From: Acanthaster planci
Taxonomy: Eukaryota
Direction of reading: 5' to 3'
Assembly: GCF_001949145.1 (NCBI RefSeq)
Contig: NW_019091358.1
Location: 2,118,240 to 2,182,239, forward strand
DNA length: 64,000 nucleotides
Shown: piece after piece, positions 24,701 to 39,237 of the stretch
How the letters are laid out: each line of letters opens with the position of its first letter
Numbering within the stretch: the stretch's first letter is position 1
Notes under the pieces: model-generated
Told to the model about the DNA's origin: nothing
The model's database searches: none
What the model saw: the letters and a program-made list of their open reading frames with translations, nothing else
Position numbers and translations under genes: made by a program

Positions 24701-27700
24701 GCAGGGCGCACATTTTTCCTCTTCAAAAGGGATTAAATCTAAAAATGTTTGGAACATGATGAAAGAAATATAGGTCTCGTATGACCTTTATTGATTCAAA
24801 CATGATCCAGAATATAAACTTAAAAGAAAAGCGAGAAATAAAATCACGAGCCCCCGGTCGGGGGAGGTCAAAAGAAAAGAAAAGGAAACAAAACAAAAAA
24901 GAAGAGAAAGAAATAATAAAGGGGATGGAAATCACTACTTACTTGAAAAAAAAATCAAAGTAAAATATGGGCAATCCACAGTGCAGTGTGAAAATGGTCG
25001 ACAGTGTTCGCTGTGCGCGCGGAGAACTTGAATTATTCCCGATATTGGTTTACTTTCGGGAAAAGATGCGTAATTGTATCTCGAAGAGCAGGTTTTATTA
25101 ATCAATCCTTCCTTCTCCCTGTGTGTTGCATGAAATGTCCCAATCTTTAAAAAAGAAAATTGAGGTTTTCTAATGAAATACGCTCAAACTTGCAATTTGC
25201 GGCAAGGCAGCCGTGCTTTTGCCGACCTTAGACTTGAAAAATGGTCCCTATGTGCCAATCTCTTTGTGGCGCACTGTATTTCAAATTACCTCTATTGACC
25301 AATTCTCACTATTAATGCTTTATCAGTTTGTAGCTGATGAGTGTTCCACCCCCCCTGCAGAAATTCTCCCTTGCCTGAAAAAACGGGTTTTACCCATTTC
25401 ATTACCGAGAAAACGTACTGGCGACTCAAATGGACTCAATGATTCATTACATAGTTTCTAGAAAAAAAAGGTAATAAGGTGATTTTTTTTACGCACGACA
25501 ACAATACCACTGAAAGGTGATCTTTTTCGGTTTGTTGTTGTTTTGGGGGGTGTTTTGTTTTGTTTGTATGTTTGTTTGTGCGTTTCTCTGTGTTATTGTT
25601 TTTTTTTCGTAAATCACGAGTTCTCGTCAACTTGAATTATGATCACAAATAAAAAATGGCAAGTGGACGACCACATTACAAATACACAGGAAGACAATCA
25701 TGATCTAGCATTGAGGCTAAATATGCGCCAGGGTTGTACTGCTCGTTAGTACAAACGCCTACAGTGGTTTATGTGTGGCCTGACAAATACCCTTGTCCCC
25801 CCCCCCAAAAAAAACAAATGGAATACAGTTATATCAAAGATTTACGAATTTTTTCGTTGTCCGCCACATGTCAAAAATGAGATACTTCAATGTATTTTTA
25901 GACCTTTTAACTGCGCAATCCCCTTCGAGCAACTCGCCCCATCCGGTGAATGCCCTTGTACTCATTATTGCTTGTATAGTCTGGCCTCTGTTCCTCGTCT
26001 AATCAGAGGAAATACTCTCTGCAGTCGCCACAGGGGTAGGCGACTTCCCTTTCCCTTCTGCAGAATTTTCTAAGCGAATAAAATATACTCCCTAGCATTT
26101 TAAAGAATGCATCGTTTCAGCTAACGTTGGGCAAAGTTCAAGTTGATCGTTAATTGCGTTGTCTCGTGGAATAAAATATTTCGTGGTTGAAATCCTCCAG
26201 TCCTAAAAGAGATCTGTTCACTTAACGAATGTCTGCACCAGTGACGTAAATTGTGGCAAAAATTAGGGAGATGGGAATGGGGAATTTTCGAGAATGACTT
26301 GCCAAACCATCAAATTTGAAAGGGGGGGGTGCTGACATAGTATGACAATGTGGGTGATGTTCATGATACAAATCTACATCTATGACATGCATTACATTTC
26401 TGATGAATTTAACATTAAGACGGCATATTTATAGCTTTTAAATTGTTCTCCCTTCTGGAGTGCCAGTGAACACACTGCGGTCCGAAAAACCCTTCACAGT
26501 GCACCTAACTTTTTTTTCTCTCCAGGAAAAAAGTGTGGAGAGGCAGATTCAGTAGCCCTACCTCCAGGTCAAAAGGTGGGGGTAATATACTTCCACCCCC
26601 TCAGGACATACGACTATGGTCCGCACTTGCTGTTTGAAAATTTTTGATTGGGATATTATTGAAATAGGTTGAAATACTTCTCTGAGATCTTGAACATGAC
26701 TTCTGTAAGAATTGCTTGCATGCGTTTCAAGCTTCTTTATCACCAGTCCACCTGCTGTTTTCTAAAAAAAAACAAAGACATTAATACACAAAAGCAATAC
26801 GCCGCGAGGAAATGTCGAATATATACATTTTGCAACGTGCACTTGTCTTGTGAAATTCCATTTTGTGATGGTTATTTGTTTTGTGAAATTTCATGGGAGA
26901 AATACAGCTTCAGAATACCGGATATTTTTCTCGTTATTTTTTCACCAAAATAACCCCATCCTGGAAAATATCTGGAAATATTTGGTGTCGGTTTGCCTTA
27001 CCTCGCTTGCTTTGTTGAAGCTTACCTCGTTAAAGTGTGAAGTTATTGTTATTGAAACGTAAATCATGACATTTACCGTGTGTGTCCGGCTGGGCTCCTA
27101 ATTAGGCTTACTGGAACTAAAACGGGAAGTGCTCATTACCGTGTCTGTTAGAAAAGGACGAAAATAAACAGAGCTCGCCAGGGTTAATGGAAAATCAAGT
27201 TCACGTTTTGGAAAGTAATGTTAAGAGTTGCTTTTAGTAATCAAAGCCTTTTAATGGAAATGGACACCTGTGAGTAAATTTTGAGTTGTCGGTTGAAATT
27301 GAATGATTACATTACCATCCCTTAAAGGAAACTACATTAGTTCGGCAATGCTGTAAACTGAAATAGTATTTTGCATCATTAACAGTACCAAGATGACATT
27401 ATCGAAACACCAACACTAATGTTTCCTGTAATTAGCAATTTCATTCAAATGGTTTCTTCTCTTTCTTATGTGAATGTTTGGTTATATGTAGGTGAATATT
27501 GGTGTGTTTCATAAACTCTTATTTCTATTGTTATTGCGAAAAACAAAACAAAATAGTTTCTGTATTAAAGGGATTTATTAAAATTTACTTGTACCATAAA
27601 GTATAATTTTAAGTTTGACGTAATTTAATTCATCTCCGAAGCAGTTGTCAAATGGATGTCACTCGCATGTCCACTGTAATACACCAGATGCAAGACTAAA

Positions 27701-30700
27701 AATGTGTAACTTTTTTTTTTCAATGATTCACTTAGCCGACCGCTTTCCCTTCGATGAAATGAAGAAAACTAATCTAATCACCGCTTCTGGTGTGCAAAAA
27801 GGGGTCCCATTTAGTGAAACATGCACTCTGCTGTTTAAAAATCAATCAGTCAATCTCTCTTACTTTTCCGCAGAGAGGAGTGACATAATTATTAAGAATA
27901 TATTCCAATTAGAAAGGCTATCAGTCAGCTTTTCCATTTGTATCTCTGTCAACACAAGCAGAATTCACTTGGGAAGAAGAGAAACGGTGCTCTCATTGGG
28001 TATACAGGCCGAGTTCGGTTGTACTTTTATTACGACCGATAGTGGCACTCGGAGGTGAAAAGCCGATTTGCCTTCAAACCAATCAAGAAGTGAATTAAAT
28101 CACACGGTTTAATCGTGATGGGTCGGGGGACCAATGTGAACAACAGTACAGGTGCATCTCTTTCCGGCTTGTGGTGGACTAATTAAATTACAACTGGGCA
28201 ATCGTCAGCGAATATTGAGACTTGACTTCAGCTGGGTCTTGAGTAATTCCCGGAGGGCCATTTTGTCATTTCAGTATCAATATACTTACATTGACTGACA
28301 ATGTAACATAACCTAGCCTGAGGACCTAGTTGACTATGAAGAAGCTTTGCTTTCATAGAAGAAATTGAAATCATCATTACCATGTTTACAAGTAAAGTAG
28401 AATAAAACAACGAAGACACAACGGAAAATCAAGAGGTAAATAAGAATGTTATCAATTGTGTAAGTCACAATACTTAGAAAAGAATTGAGTTAAAATTTAG
28501 TAATTTGTCCGACATCCGGTCTGACAGTTCCGGGAAAGTCTGGCACAGAAATCCGTCTGATGCTTCCATTAATGCATTTTAATGAAAGTTGACATAAAAA
28601 CATCATTAGCCTTTTTCTTAGTTGGCAAAGCTCCTTGGCAGCACCACAGCAATTTGCAACTTATATAAGAGCAAGAAGACCTACATAAGGCAAAAATAAA
28701 TAATCCGTTATTTCTCCTTTGGTTCAGCGTCTGCATTTCGACTGATATTAGAGTGTTGTAATTAATCAGGAAACATTTCTCTCCAGCGGTTCACTAATTA
28801 AATTTGCCGGTTAAATATTTGACCAGAAACACTGCGACGGCATGGGGCAAGTGAAATACGTGACCGTAAAGCTGGTGCCACCATTAGTTGCTAGAGACAA
28901 TGTACAAACTTCCTCGGAATTAAACACGTTGTTCGTGCCCGTAAGAGTAGCTCATCAAGGGGCCGGTCGCTTTAATGGAAGAAATCATACGATGACTCTC
29001 AGTGGTATTTACTGAACTACTCGAAAAATGCATCAAATGGAGATGTTTATCCTGTACAACCTCAGCTAGCAGAGCATTGCCTGCGAGACAGACCGAAATA
29101 AATTAAACCTCCGTCACACAAGTTATGAGAACGAAATGCTATTTCCCTATTATTATTTTTTTTCAAGCACCATCAATTTCTTTTTTTTCCATTTCAAAGT
29201 TTCAAAATGTTTCAACGCCTGTTTCACTTTAATCTGGATTCAACTCTAATGCTTAAAAAGAAAAGCTTACTGAGGTAAAATAAGTAATATTTATGTTAAA
29301 AACGATGTCTTATATGAATGTTTTACTTTTGTGAACAGCCAGGGTTAACTATTTTAGTATTTTTAACCTAGTTTTCTCTCTGTGTATGAACCCATCATTA
29401 GTGTTCCAAACCTTTCTGGGGCAGTTGTTTGGTCACTACTGTCTCAATCGATTTGGGAATGTTTTATTTAATTACTGTTGCCACTGGGCTTAGGTCGATA
29501 GATGATGATGTGGAGCACAAACATTTCAATTATCTTGGAAAGAGTTGCTAAGGCATAGAGGGATGCCTTGCGTGACACTGCACTGGTGACGGGGTTGGTA
29601 GTTTCCATAGAATCGTTGATCTGTGAGCATGCTAAGGAGCACCATGACGGTCATGGCGATGGCAATAATGAAGAGAGACAGGAAATAGGGCAGAGACTAA
29701 GGCAAGGAAAATCAATGTTACAGACAAAAAAACAGTGTATACCGCTTAAAGTCAGCATATGGAAAATGGCTGGTCAGTTTGTGGTGGCATGATTTTAATT
29801 GTGGCTGGAATGGACATGGTTCAGGTCAGTACTATGTTGGTATTGAGGGCGATGGTAGTGAACGTGGTTGTCGTGGTGAGTGTGCTACTGATGGCGACGG
29901 ATGTACAATTTCTTAAGGGGGCACCACAAGAAAATAAGCTGCAACTGCATGGCAGCATGAGCTCAACGGAGATTATTCATAGATTTCAAGGGGGGGGGCG
30001 CACCGGAGGCAGGGGGGAAGCAGTGTCGTGGTTGTGATGATGTTGCCAACTCTGATCACAGCAACTATGGAAGTTGCCGTCTGTGGACCAAGGTTGATCG
30101 GACGAAAATTGAAAACAAAAAACTGACCAGTTGGACTGTATGAGGACTCCTTGGAGCTTAGTAATATTTCCCTGGCTACCATTCCATAATGTGAGATCCA
30201 GTGGGAGAGTGAGAGGTTATACATTAGTCGATGTACCTTCTGTTTTCCTAGGGAAAAGGGGGCGACGACCTTTCCTTGCACGGACAGTTTGATTGATGTT
30301 CCAATGAAAAAATACCGTTCATCAATAATTTCTTCCCATCATTAAACCACTTGAGTGTAGTTGTCCAATAGGTTGCGTAGCTGTTTAATACCGCAAAATG
30401 AATACGGGGCAGAATGGGTAAGACCATGATGCTGGTTTGAAGGCGTGTAAAACCAAGTTACATAATGTAGACAAAACAAAATGCAAAATCTATTTCCGTT
30501 AAAAAATAGCAATACATTACCTTGGAGCGGCCTTCATTACAGAAGGGAATTAGTTCACGATTAAATTACAACGATGTTCTTTATTTAATTCCTGACAGGA
30601 AAAAAATTAGGTCCAAGTTCTTCGCTGGAAGTGGCATAAGAAAGTTGCAATATAACGAGAAAATCATGAGTGTTTTTTAAACTCTCATTGACTCTAACAA

Positions 30701-33700
30701 TTATGAAACTAGAGAGTTTCATATTAATAACCTAAAGTGCTTGCCCTCTTAAATTTTCGGCACTGATTTGGCAATGTGCCGTACAAGGTCAAACTACATG
30801 ACACACTTGACTCACTTTTGACGGGTTAAACTATAGGGGGGAGTCTGAAATGCAAATAATACTTTTCATCCTGCTACTCGAAACGTTCATTAGCTGTATC
30901 AAGTATATTTCAAATGTAAGTAATTTACGGACAACAAACAGATAGAAACCCTTTCTAATTAATAAGCTGATCTAGAAACGGTATCAATAACACAGTGCAC
31001 TTTAATTTTGAGACGCCATGCGGTTTTTTGTCGAGACCCTCGAGATTTAGACTTCTTTCAAGAAGCAGATTACAACTCCGTTTTCGATTCCTTATTGCAG
31101 TTTTACAGGCCAGCGACGGATCACAATCTTCAATGCTGTGTAATGAATGTTGGAGATGGAAATAGCTGATCTCGCTACTGACTGATGTAACGCACTGCGG
31201 TCATCGTCCCTAGACGATGCACTATTGGAAAGTTGAAAAAGCCAGACTAGTGGTAATATTCCTGTAGATTTCTCCTCAATTGCCATTTGTAACCAGCGTA
31301 ATTCTAGACGTTCGTGCTTTGTTTACGTCAATATATTGGCCGAAAGATAGTGGGTTTGTATGAGCTGTATAACTCTTGCTTAAATGACTGATAATCACTA
31401 AATATTTACCTCATTGTACACAGGAGTGGAAAGTTGTCTCGTTGAAAAAGAAAAGCCCCTCACAGACACAGCACGATAATCAAAACTTCAAAATTGGCTA
31501 CTGTGCAACATCAAATAGTTAGAAAGTAATAATACAACACTTGATGTTGCAAATGCTAACACTCAACCAAATTTCGACATAATGACGTTAATTAAAAAGA
31601 AATGAAATAAAGAATTAAAATATACTCCCTTGGTAATGAATTTCAACAATCTGTGCATAATCAATTAAGAATATTAAAGCTTAATGCTGTCGAAATCCCG
31701 TCTCCTTATGGAATTGGCCGTGGTCCGTCTCTGCAACAAGAGGTTTCTAAAGGAACAAGTCGATTCTAATATCCGTTTATGCGAGCTATCTGCAATTCGG
31801 GAGATAACCTAAATATAGGAGACATATGTCCCAAATCTTCATTTTGCCCACACTTAGAAGGTAGGGTCTGCAAGGAGTTGGTGTGCTCTCCCGAATGGCT
31901 TCCTCCAAGCAAAGCTTTCAAGGACAATCCCGTAAAATCCCTTCCTGCCAACTGTTTCGAAAACAGCACACCCGGGAATCGGTGCATGGACTGTCAGGGT
32001 ACAGTAGCCTGTTGTGTCCCTATTAAATCAGATAAGTTGACATTTTCCGTATCTCCTTTCGCTTCATTTTTATTTCATTGCGTGGGTATGGATGTGCAGT
32101 CGTAGCATACATAGTATGGACCTCTGCATAAAAGAAGTCCACATAATGCAGGAGGGATGGCGTTGTGTGGACTCGCACACGTCATCACAATGTCTTGCCC
32201 TCACTGAAAAACAGTTTCAGAGACGTTTTGGGGTCAAGGTTATCCGTGGCAAAATGAAGAGGAACAATCCAGGAAATCATCATCAAAAACTCAGCTCGAA
32301 GGAGTTTTCCTAATTGGAGAAAAAGGAGCATTTTCCTTAACTTTCCTTAACCACAGGAAAACAAAGGGATGTCCACACTTTGTCTGTAAAATATGTGGGG
32401 GGATGTGTGTAATGTGTAATCTGTGATACCTCACAATTTCCCTTTGAAGATTACAAGCCACGGAGGACACCTTTGTCTTTTTCCCATATGGCGTCTAGTG
32501 TTTTAGCTCAAAACAATAATGGATGCGGTCATGTTTCTAGCGTGGATTCGGGCTTTGAGGGTGTGAGCAGTGTGTAAAAAGATACTGTGAGCCAGGGTTT
32601 CAGAAATGCTAAGTTAAAAAAAAATCTGAGGCTCCCATGTTATACCGTCACTATTTCTTTTAAAGGCTCATTCCGCGGGATATTTTATGCAAACCTCTGA
32701 AAGTATAGTCGTCTGTAATTGAACCTTCTTTTTAATGTTTGTTTAATTTTAATCAACTAGTATTTTCCCTTTTTTGCTGTATGCTAACGCGTATCACACT
32801 TATTACCAAACAACGAGTCCTTTTGGATAGAAAATTCGACGTTAAAGTTGTTTAATTACGTGCACAAAATTGCTTGATTTCGGGATTTTTGTTGTCGTAT
32901 TTCACCTTTTCTTCATTGTTGTGTCACTAAGTACATTAAGGCAGTGAGCGACCTTTTTTTTTTTGAAAAGTTTTTCCTGCAATTTGAAAAGATTATTCAG
33001 CTTTACAACGTTCTTTAAAAATGGCATCAGAGTGACGGCGCCGTGAGTTGCATGGAAAAACAAAGACAATTTAACACTTGTTACACTTTCATACAAGGTT
33101 CAATACCAAAATCCAGATTTCGAATAATTTTCAAAAACTGAAGGGGAAAAGATGTGTCCAACATGTGGCTCTAAAATATACTGCATGAACTCTTGTAGGT
33201 AGATATTCACCCATTAGCATACATTTGCACGAAAGAATTATCCCGCGAAGACAAGCAATACTCTACAATAGTTCAGCAAAACCTCTGGCACAGATGGAGG
33301 CCTCTAGCAAAGTTCTTTGGTCTTTACTTCCTGGTTAAACACCGAACTACTAATATAAATATCTAAATCAATTTGGCGGATCTGTGTTTCATTAAGAACG
33401 CTGAATAAGTTCCATCAAGAAGTTGGCAAAACTACTCTAGGCAAAAACGAGAAGATTCCCCATTCGACTCCACTAAATTCAAACGTGGGCCTGAAAGAGT
33501 GTCGCGTTTCCATTTACCGAAACCATTACTTGACCGTGAAAGACTTACGGTGCGGCACTCTCTCTCTCTCGCTCTTTTTAATTTAGTCGGCTTCCTCAGT
33601 GTCTAAATAGCAGACGATGTGGCCTTTTGGAGGACAATGGAAGATGAATCACTGTGTTGAGCAGAAAGTAAATACCGATTCCGATGCTGAAATGAACAGT

Positions 33701-35262
33701 CCTGCCAAAATAAGCAACACCGCGTGCCTTAGTCGAAGACGATGTGCACATATAATTCTGACATGCACCACAAGGGACCTTCCCGTGTATTTGATAAATG
33801 CATTTTCTGTTCCAAAAGTATAGAAACATTGTGTAATTGATCAGTGTAAAGGCAAGGGAAAATGGGAATTGAATAATTCAGGACTACTTATTGTAAACCG
33901 AAAATTGTTTAGCCAAAAACTTCTGAAGAAATATATCAGAAAAAACGACCAACGTTAAGAAAGACATATTGCGTATACGTATGACATGTATACGTATTTT
34001 CATAAAATATTAAAATTTTGAGCAAGGGTGACCTTCATTATGAGTGCCGAGAGGCTCGATGTAAACTTAGGTGGATAAGCAACAATTAAACTTTGCTCCA
34101 GTTTAACATAATGCAGCACACGCCTGTTTAGTTCACTGACAGTTTGGTATTCCACATCTAAAGAGTTATATCAATCATACAGCTCTGTGATATGCCCAAA
34201 GATTAAGCGGGTCCGAGGTTATTCGGGAAACCAACACGAGCGCACATAGTCTACCCTATCAGTAAGGACATACTCTGACTCATCGTGTGTTTCGTTTATT
34301 AAGAATGACCTTGTCTTTCTGAAATAATGATCTTGTTCATTACCATGGTCATGCGTGTGGGAAGATGAATTTTAGAGTAGGTTTTTCTTTGGTATAAAGG
34401 TAATTAGAACAATATAGTTTTAACTTAAGCAGATTTTCCTCCCAAGAAGTTCAAAGTGCAATCTTAAAACTGTTTTAAATGCACCTACCCTTATACACGT
34501 GTACTGGAGTTTGTTTTCAGACATACTGGCGTAACGTAACGGTAAATCCGTACAACCTAAAGACGCATCATGCTCATTTGAATTTGTAAAAATGTTCAGA
34601 AGTGAGGTACATGTGTAGTAGGGTATTTGTGAAAGGCAAGATTGATTTTATCCAGTTGTCACGTTTGTTTTTCAGGTCTTATAAAAAATCTGAACTGTTA
34701 AGGTCGTCTTTCAATTGTCTTACTCCCCTCGTCTATTAACAGTGTAAGCAAAGTTTGGAGATGACTTTATTCTTCGTTGCCACAGCAACTTAATCAATAA
34801 TGAAAGCACTTTCAGCGGCTTTTGCGATGCACACACAATTTCCCGCCAATATGTTTGTCATGTTTATTCTGTGTCTGGTGATAATGGTTGAAAACCGTAC
34901 GGACCCAACAAAAACAGTATTCATTGTCTGTCTGCCACTGAAATCCTAATTCCTGCACCATTTTTTTTAGTTGCTTAAAATAATCTGTGAAATCGTTGGG
35001 TCCTCTATCTGTGACCTAACCTTTCACTGAGACAAGACTAAACTGAGTTGGCACCTGCAGCAAGTGTCAGGAGAGTGCAGGAACCCCTCAAGTCATAGCG
35101 AAATATAGCAAAATATGAATAAAATGTGTTGCTTTTACTTGCATCTTGTACCCATTTGATATATTGATAACAAGCCAAACCCTTGTAAAGGTTACAGTTC
35201 GTGTTCATTACACTGGTCAAACGAACCATGATAAACAAGACAGTGTTGCTCTCAACGGTTGT

Positions 35263-35352
35263 AGTTTTGTTTTGTATTGTTTTTTATTTTACTTTTTTTT
35301 GTTTTGTTTCGTTTTTGGTTTTTTTGTTTTTGGGTTTTTTTTTGGGGGGGGG
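35263..35352 (+). repeat. T-rich low-complexity tract ending in a G run
   Basis: Repeated TTTTG/TTTTA units followed by G10. Confidence 0.8.
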
Positions 35353-38300
35353 TTTAAAATTCAAACTCAAGCATACACGAACGGACAAATTTGGGTATTT
35401 TTTACTTTAACCTAGATCACGAGGCAGGAGAGGGGTAAAATTGTCACCATTTTCATGAACCACACATACAAATTTCAAAACTGGTTTCGATATAATCGCC
35501 AGAAAAGTCTTTCCTAGTTTCAAACGGCAAAACATACTAAATCAAAACCAGTTTATGCAACAGGAAGCTCTGAAATGATTCTTTGAGTTGTAAACTTTTC
35601 CGTTAACCAAGTAATTAGAATGAACACAGTGGTTAATTAGCCGAACTCAATTAATAAAGATACAAGTCAGTCTGTGAAAATCAAAATCCACGTTTTCCTA
35701 CATTCTGGCCCTTCTGTTCAAGGTATATTTTCCAAAAGGAAGGGGCACGCATATTTTATGCACTCGCAGCTGTGAAGGTGAAACACAGATGTGTGCCTCT
35801 TCGTTATGCAGTTATCAAGATTTTTACCCCTAAAAACATTAAAATAATTTTAACAAGATGTTTTGCTTGTGGAAGCGTGAAAACTTTTCATTTTGGATGT
35901 TTTAAAACAAAATGAGGAAAATATAAATTAAAAAATGCCATTTTTGACATTTCCGCCTCTCAGTGAAAACGCAAATGCATATTTTCCCCGTAACTAAAAA
36001 ACAATTATTTTCTACCGAATCCAAAGTTGTATTACCTTCCTCTGTATTTTCTTCTTCTTCTTCTTTTTAATTGGATGCTTCATATATTTTGGTTTGTTGT
36101 AGGAGCAAGATTGTACCGAAAAACGAACAATTTAAACCTGTGAAAAATGTGCTAAATTTGAAAGCTACTGATCGTCTGCTTTCCTGCATACAGCTCATTA
36201 GTACTTCTGCCCAATTACTGAGTGGAATGTTGGGCAAATCAAGAACATGTTGCAATCCGGCGTGTATTGTCAACTATTACGACAATCTTATTCTCTTTAT
36301 AATTTGAATAAATTTATTTGTCTAAACTCGAATAGGCCTATGCAACTTAATAAAGCCTTTTATTTGAGTCACTGATATAGGCCAATTTATTAAAATATGC
36401 AGTATAATACGTAGTGAATATATGACAAACAGATTATAATAATTTGTACAATTACTGACTCTAATAATATTGATACAGATCCTCATGTAACGAGAACCTC
36501 AGGTTTGAAATCATAAACGCCTTCTTTAGAAAGTAGGCTCAATAATTTGACCACAATTCTAATCGATATTCTTATACATGCACTTCATCCTCAACATCCC
36601 TAATTCCTCCAGTTTAAATGATCTTCTCACACAATAATGAGAAAGGTTCAGGCGTCATATACTTTATACAGGAGGTACAAGGCTCATAAGATACCATTCA
36701 CAATCTGCACAGTCTGATCTGTAAAGGAAAGGAAGGTTAGCTTTGCCGCAACGAGTACTGAAATGCTCACGATGGTTACGATGGAATACTGAAGGCGGGT
36801 GCATGGCTACAACTCATCAACCCGATGGCAGTCTATTTATTATTTGAATTACGTAGTTACAAATTTGTGACTTTGCATTCAGAGTCAACCACTTTCTGTC
36901 AATAAATAACAACCCCCATGTTGAAATTTAGCCCAATTCACTCACAGCCGAACCAACAGAGTCATGCATGTTTTTGTTGCTATTTTGTGCCTTTGAAACT
37001 AAGGCTCAAAAGATAACACAACATTTCCACTCAAAATCCAGGAGTAAATGAAAAAGAGAAATAAGCACTTTTCTACCTGATGTGTTTTCAATTATAAATG
37101 AACCTTTTTATCATTAAAAAGGATAAAAAGGCTTGCAACAACTATGTATTCCTCAGATCTAGGCTGTAGTCTGTGGGAACAAATCCAACGTTTACCCTTA
37201 CATGTACAAAAATTCATTACCGGCTGTCTGATACTGCAAAAACTGCAATATACCGAAATTTTACCCAGGGCAGAGCAGTCTTGACTACCACTTTGCTGTA
37301 ACCATGTTGCCACGGAAAATCGATTCTGCTTCCAATAGCAACGGTCACAAAGGCACATTTGGCTCTCGTGATGCCGTGAGAACACGTATGCCTACTCCAT
37401 CATCATGATCATCGACGACTCAACCAAGCGGAACGCGCAATGTTCGCACGCTCGAATAGTCTCTGGATGCGTCTGCTCTGTACTCATTCTGTACTCACGT
37501 GGAGACTGGCACGGCTTTTGGTAACTGAGGCAACTCTGGCAGTGTAACATTTTTCTCGGATATTCTCTTGAGGGAGATTTAGCTGTAATATGACAATTAT
37601 ATTTGCAACTATTTGAGGCAGACAGATAAATGAACTTGATTTTTTTCTGTAAACACCGCAGACAAGAACTCTTGTGTGTAAACATTACATTATCATATAT
37701 GCCTGAACAATGATCTCCATTTATTTCACCCACAATGCCTGTGGTCTACTTAGCCAGACCTATGTGTTTTCAGGTTGGTTTGGACGGTAGCTCGATGCGA
37801 CGGAAATTGGTTGGACAATCGACAGATTCACATTCAATGATTTTAAATCTAGTAATAAATCTCCATCTCCACTCTTTACTCTTAATTAATCTCATTGCAT
37901 GGGGATACATAGTACCTACCAATAATTCCTTTTCTGAAAAAAAATGCATTTTACAAATTTGTCGGAAGAACGGAAAATTGAAAACAATTCCGCTCGTGGT
38001 AAGATTGATTACAGGCCAGGAAATCGCCTGACCAATCGTAGTTGCTGCTTCGGAAATAGAATATGCATCTCAGTCAGTGGTTGGTAAGATGACAAAAAAA
38101 AGACAGATCTCCACGATCAAAAAAATCGGTATCGATAGTATTATAGCAAACCACTCAGCGAACACAGAGAAATCAGCTTCATTGTTGAAAAAACGTACTT
38201 AAAGAAGGTATTTATTTAGTTTTTAATTTACATTTAGGACAGGAACAGCATTAAGTGTTGGTTTTTCTTTGTAGCAAAATTTGAATTTTAGACGAATTTT

Positions 38301-39171
38301 TTATTTTTTAATTTTTTTTTGACGAGTATATGCATTTAAGCCTTGAACACACATCACTAAACTTTCCCCTAGTGTGCGGTGTAAGTCATTTCTAACAAAC
38401 CACATGCTGTATTACTACAAACTTCAAATGTGATATTATAAGTAGGTGTATTAATTCCATTCATTTTATTCACTTTGCAACTATTTAGGTCGTCTTTGGA
38501 GGAGCATGAAAAAATGTAACGCTTAATTTAGTTGCTGTATACTTAAATAAAAGAACATCCTGAAAGATGTTATTAATTTAGTTCAAATTTTATTTCAAAC
38601 GTCCCTTGTAATGTTCTAACTATTGTAGTACATTTCCAGCGCATAATAAATCCCTTTGAATCATTAAGGCATCGGATTACAAGTCCCCTTGGACAGTTAG
38701 TAACTCAGTGTTTGCATATAAGAGATTTTTTGTTCATATACTACCAGTCACATCGAGGCAAGTTGCTTTTTTATCTACTCAACTTACCGACATGCCTCAT
38801 GCAGAACATTTACTTTACTAATGAAATACATATCTGGCCAGTTTGAAAAGGGGAATATCGAATTTCTCCCCAAACAGTCTTATCTATGACTTCGCGTGAG
38901 GTATAATTATAAATTCTACTGATACAAGAGTTAAACAAGTTTGGCTTCATAACGACAGCTATTACTGTACTAAAACTAAATACCACGCGATCATCATACA
39001 TATGCCCCATGTTGTCTGATTTCATTTCCTGTTCAGGGTTCAATTTCGAAAACATTGACCAGGTTACAGTGACTACACAAAATAATTCCATAAAGTGGTG
39101 CTAAATTTAAATCGGCTCACTTCGTTCTATATTGTATTTGTCATGGCCAGAAACCCCCCCCCCCCAATTAT

Positions 39172-39237
39172 TGTACATTTGGGAACCGAAGATCTAACCA
39201 CTGATTAGTGGTTAGATCTTCGGTTCCCAAATGTACA
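39172..39237. repeat. Perfect 31-bp inverted repeat with 4-nt spacer (66-bp palindrome)
   Basis: TGTACATTTGGGAACCGAAGATCTAACCACT (39172-39202), GATT, AGTGGTTAGATCTTCGGTTCCCAAATGTACA (39207-39237). The arms are exact reverse complements, and the flanking bases do not pair. Confidence 0.97.

Noticed and set aside
26558..26743. HVQDLREVFQ resembling Gypsy RT
   Set aside because: No upstream YxDD or other RT motif seen nearby; likely chance.
31779..32105. Cys-rich 108-aa ORF
   Set aside because: No signal peptide, no recognisable cysteine spacing and no clear splice signals.
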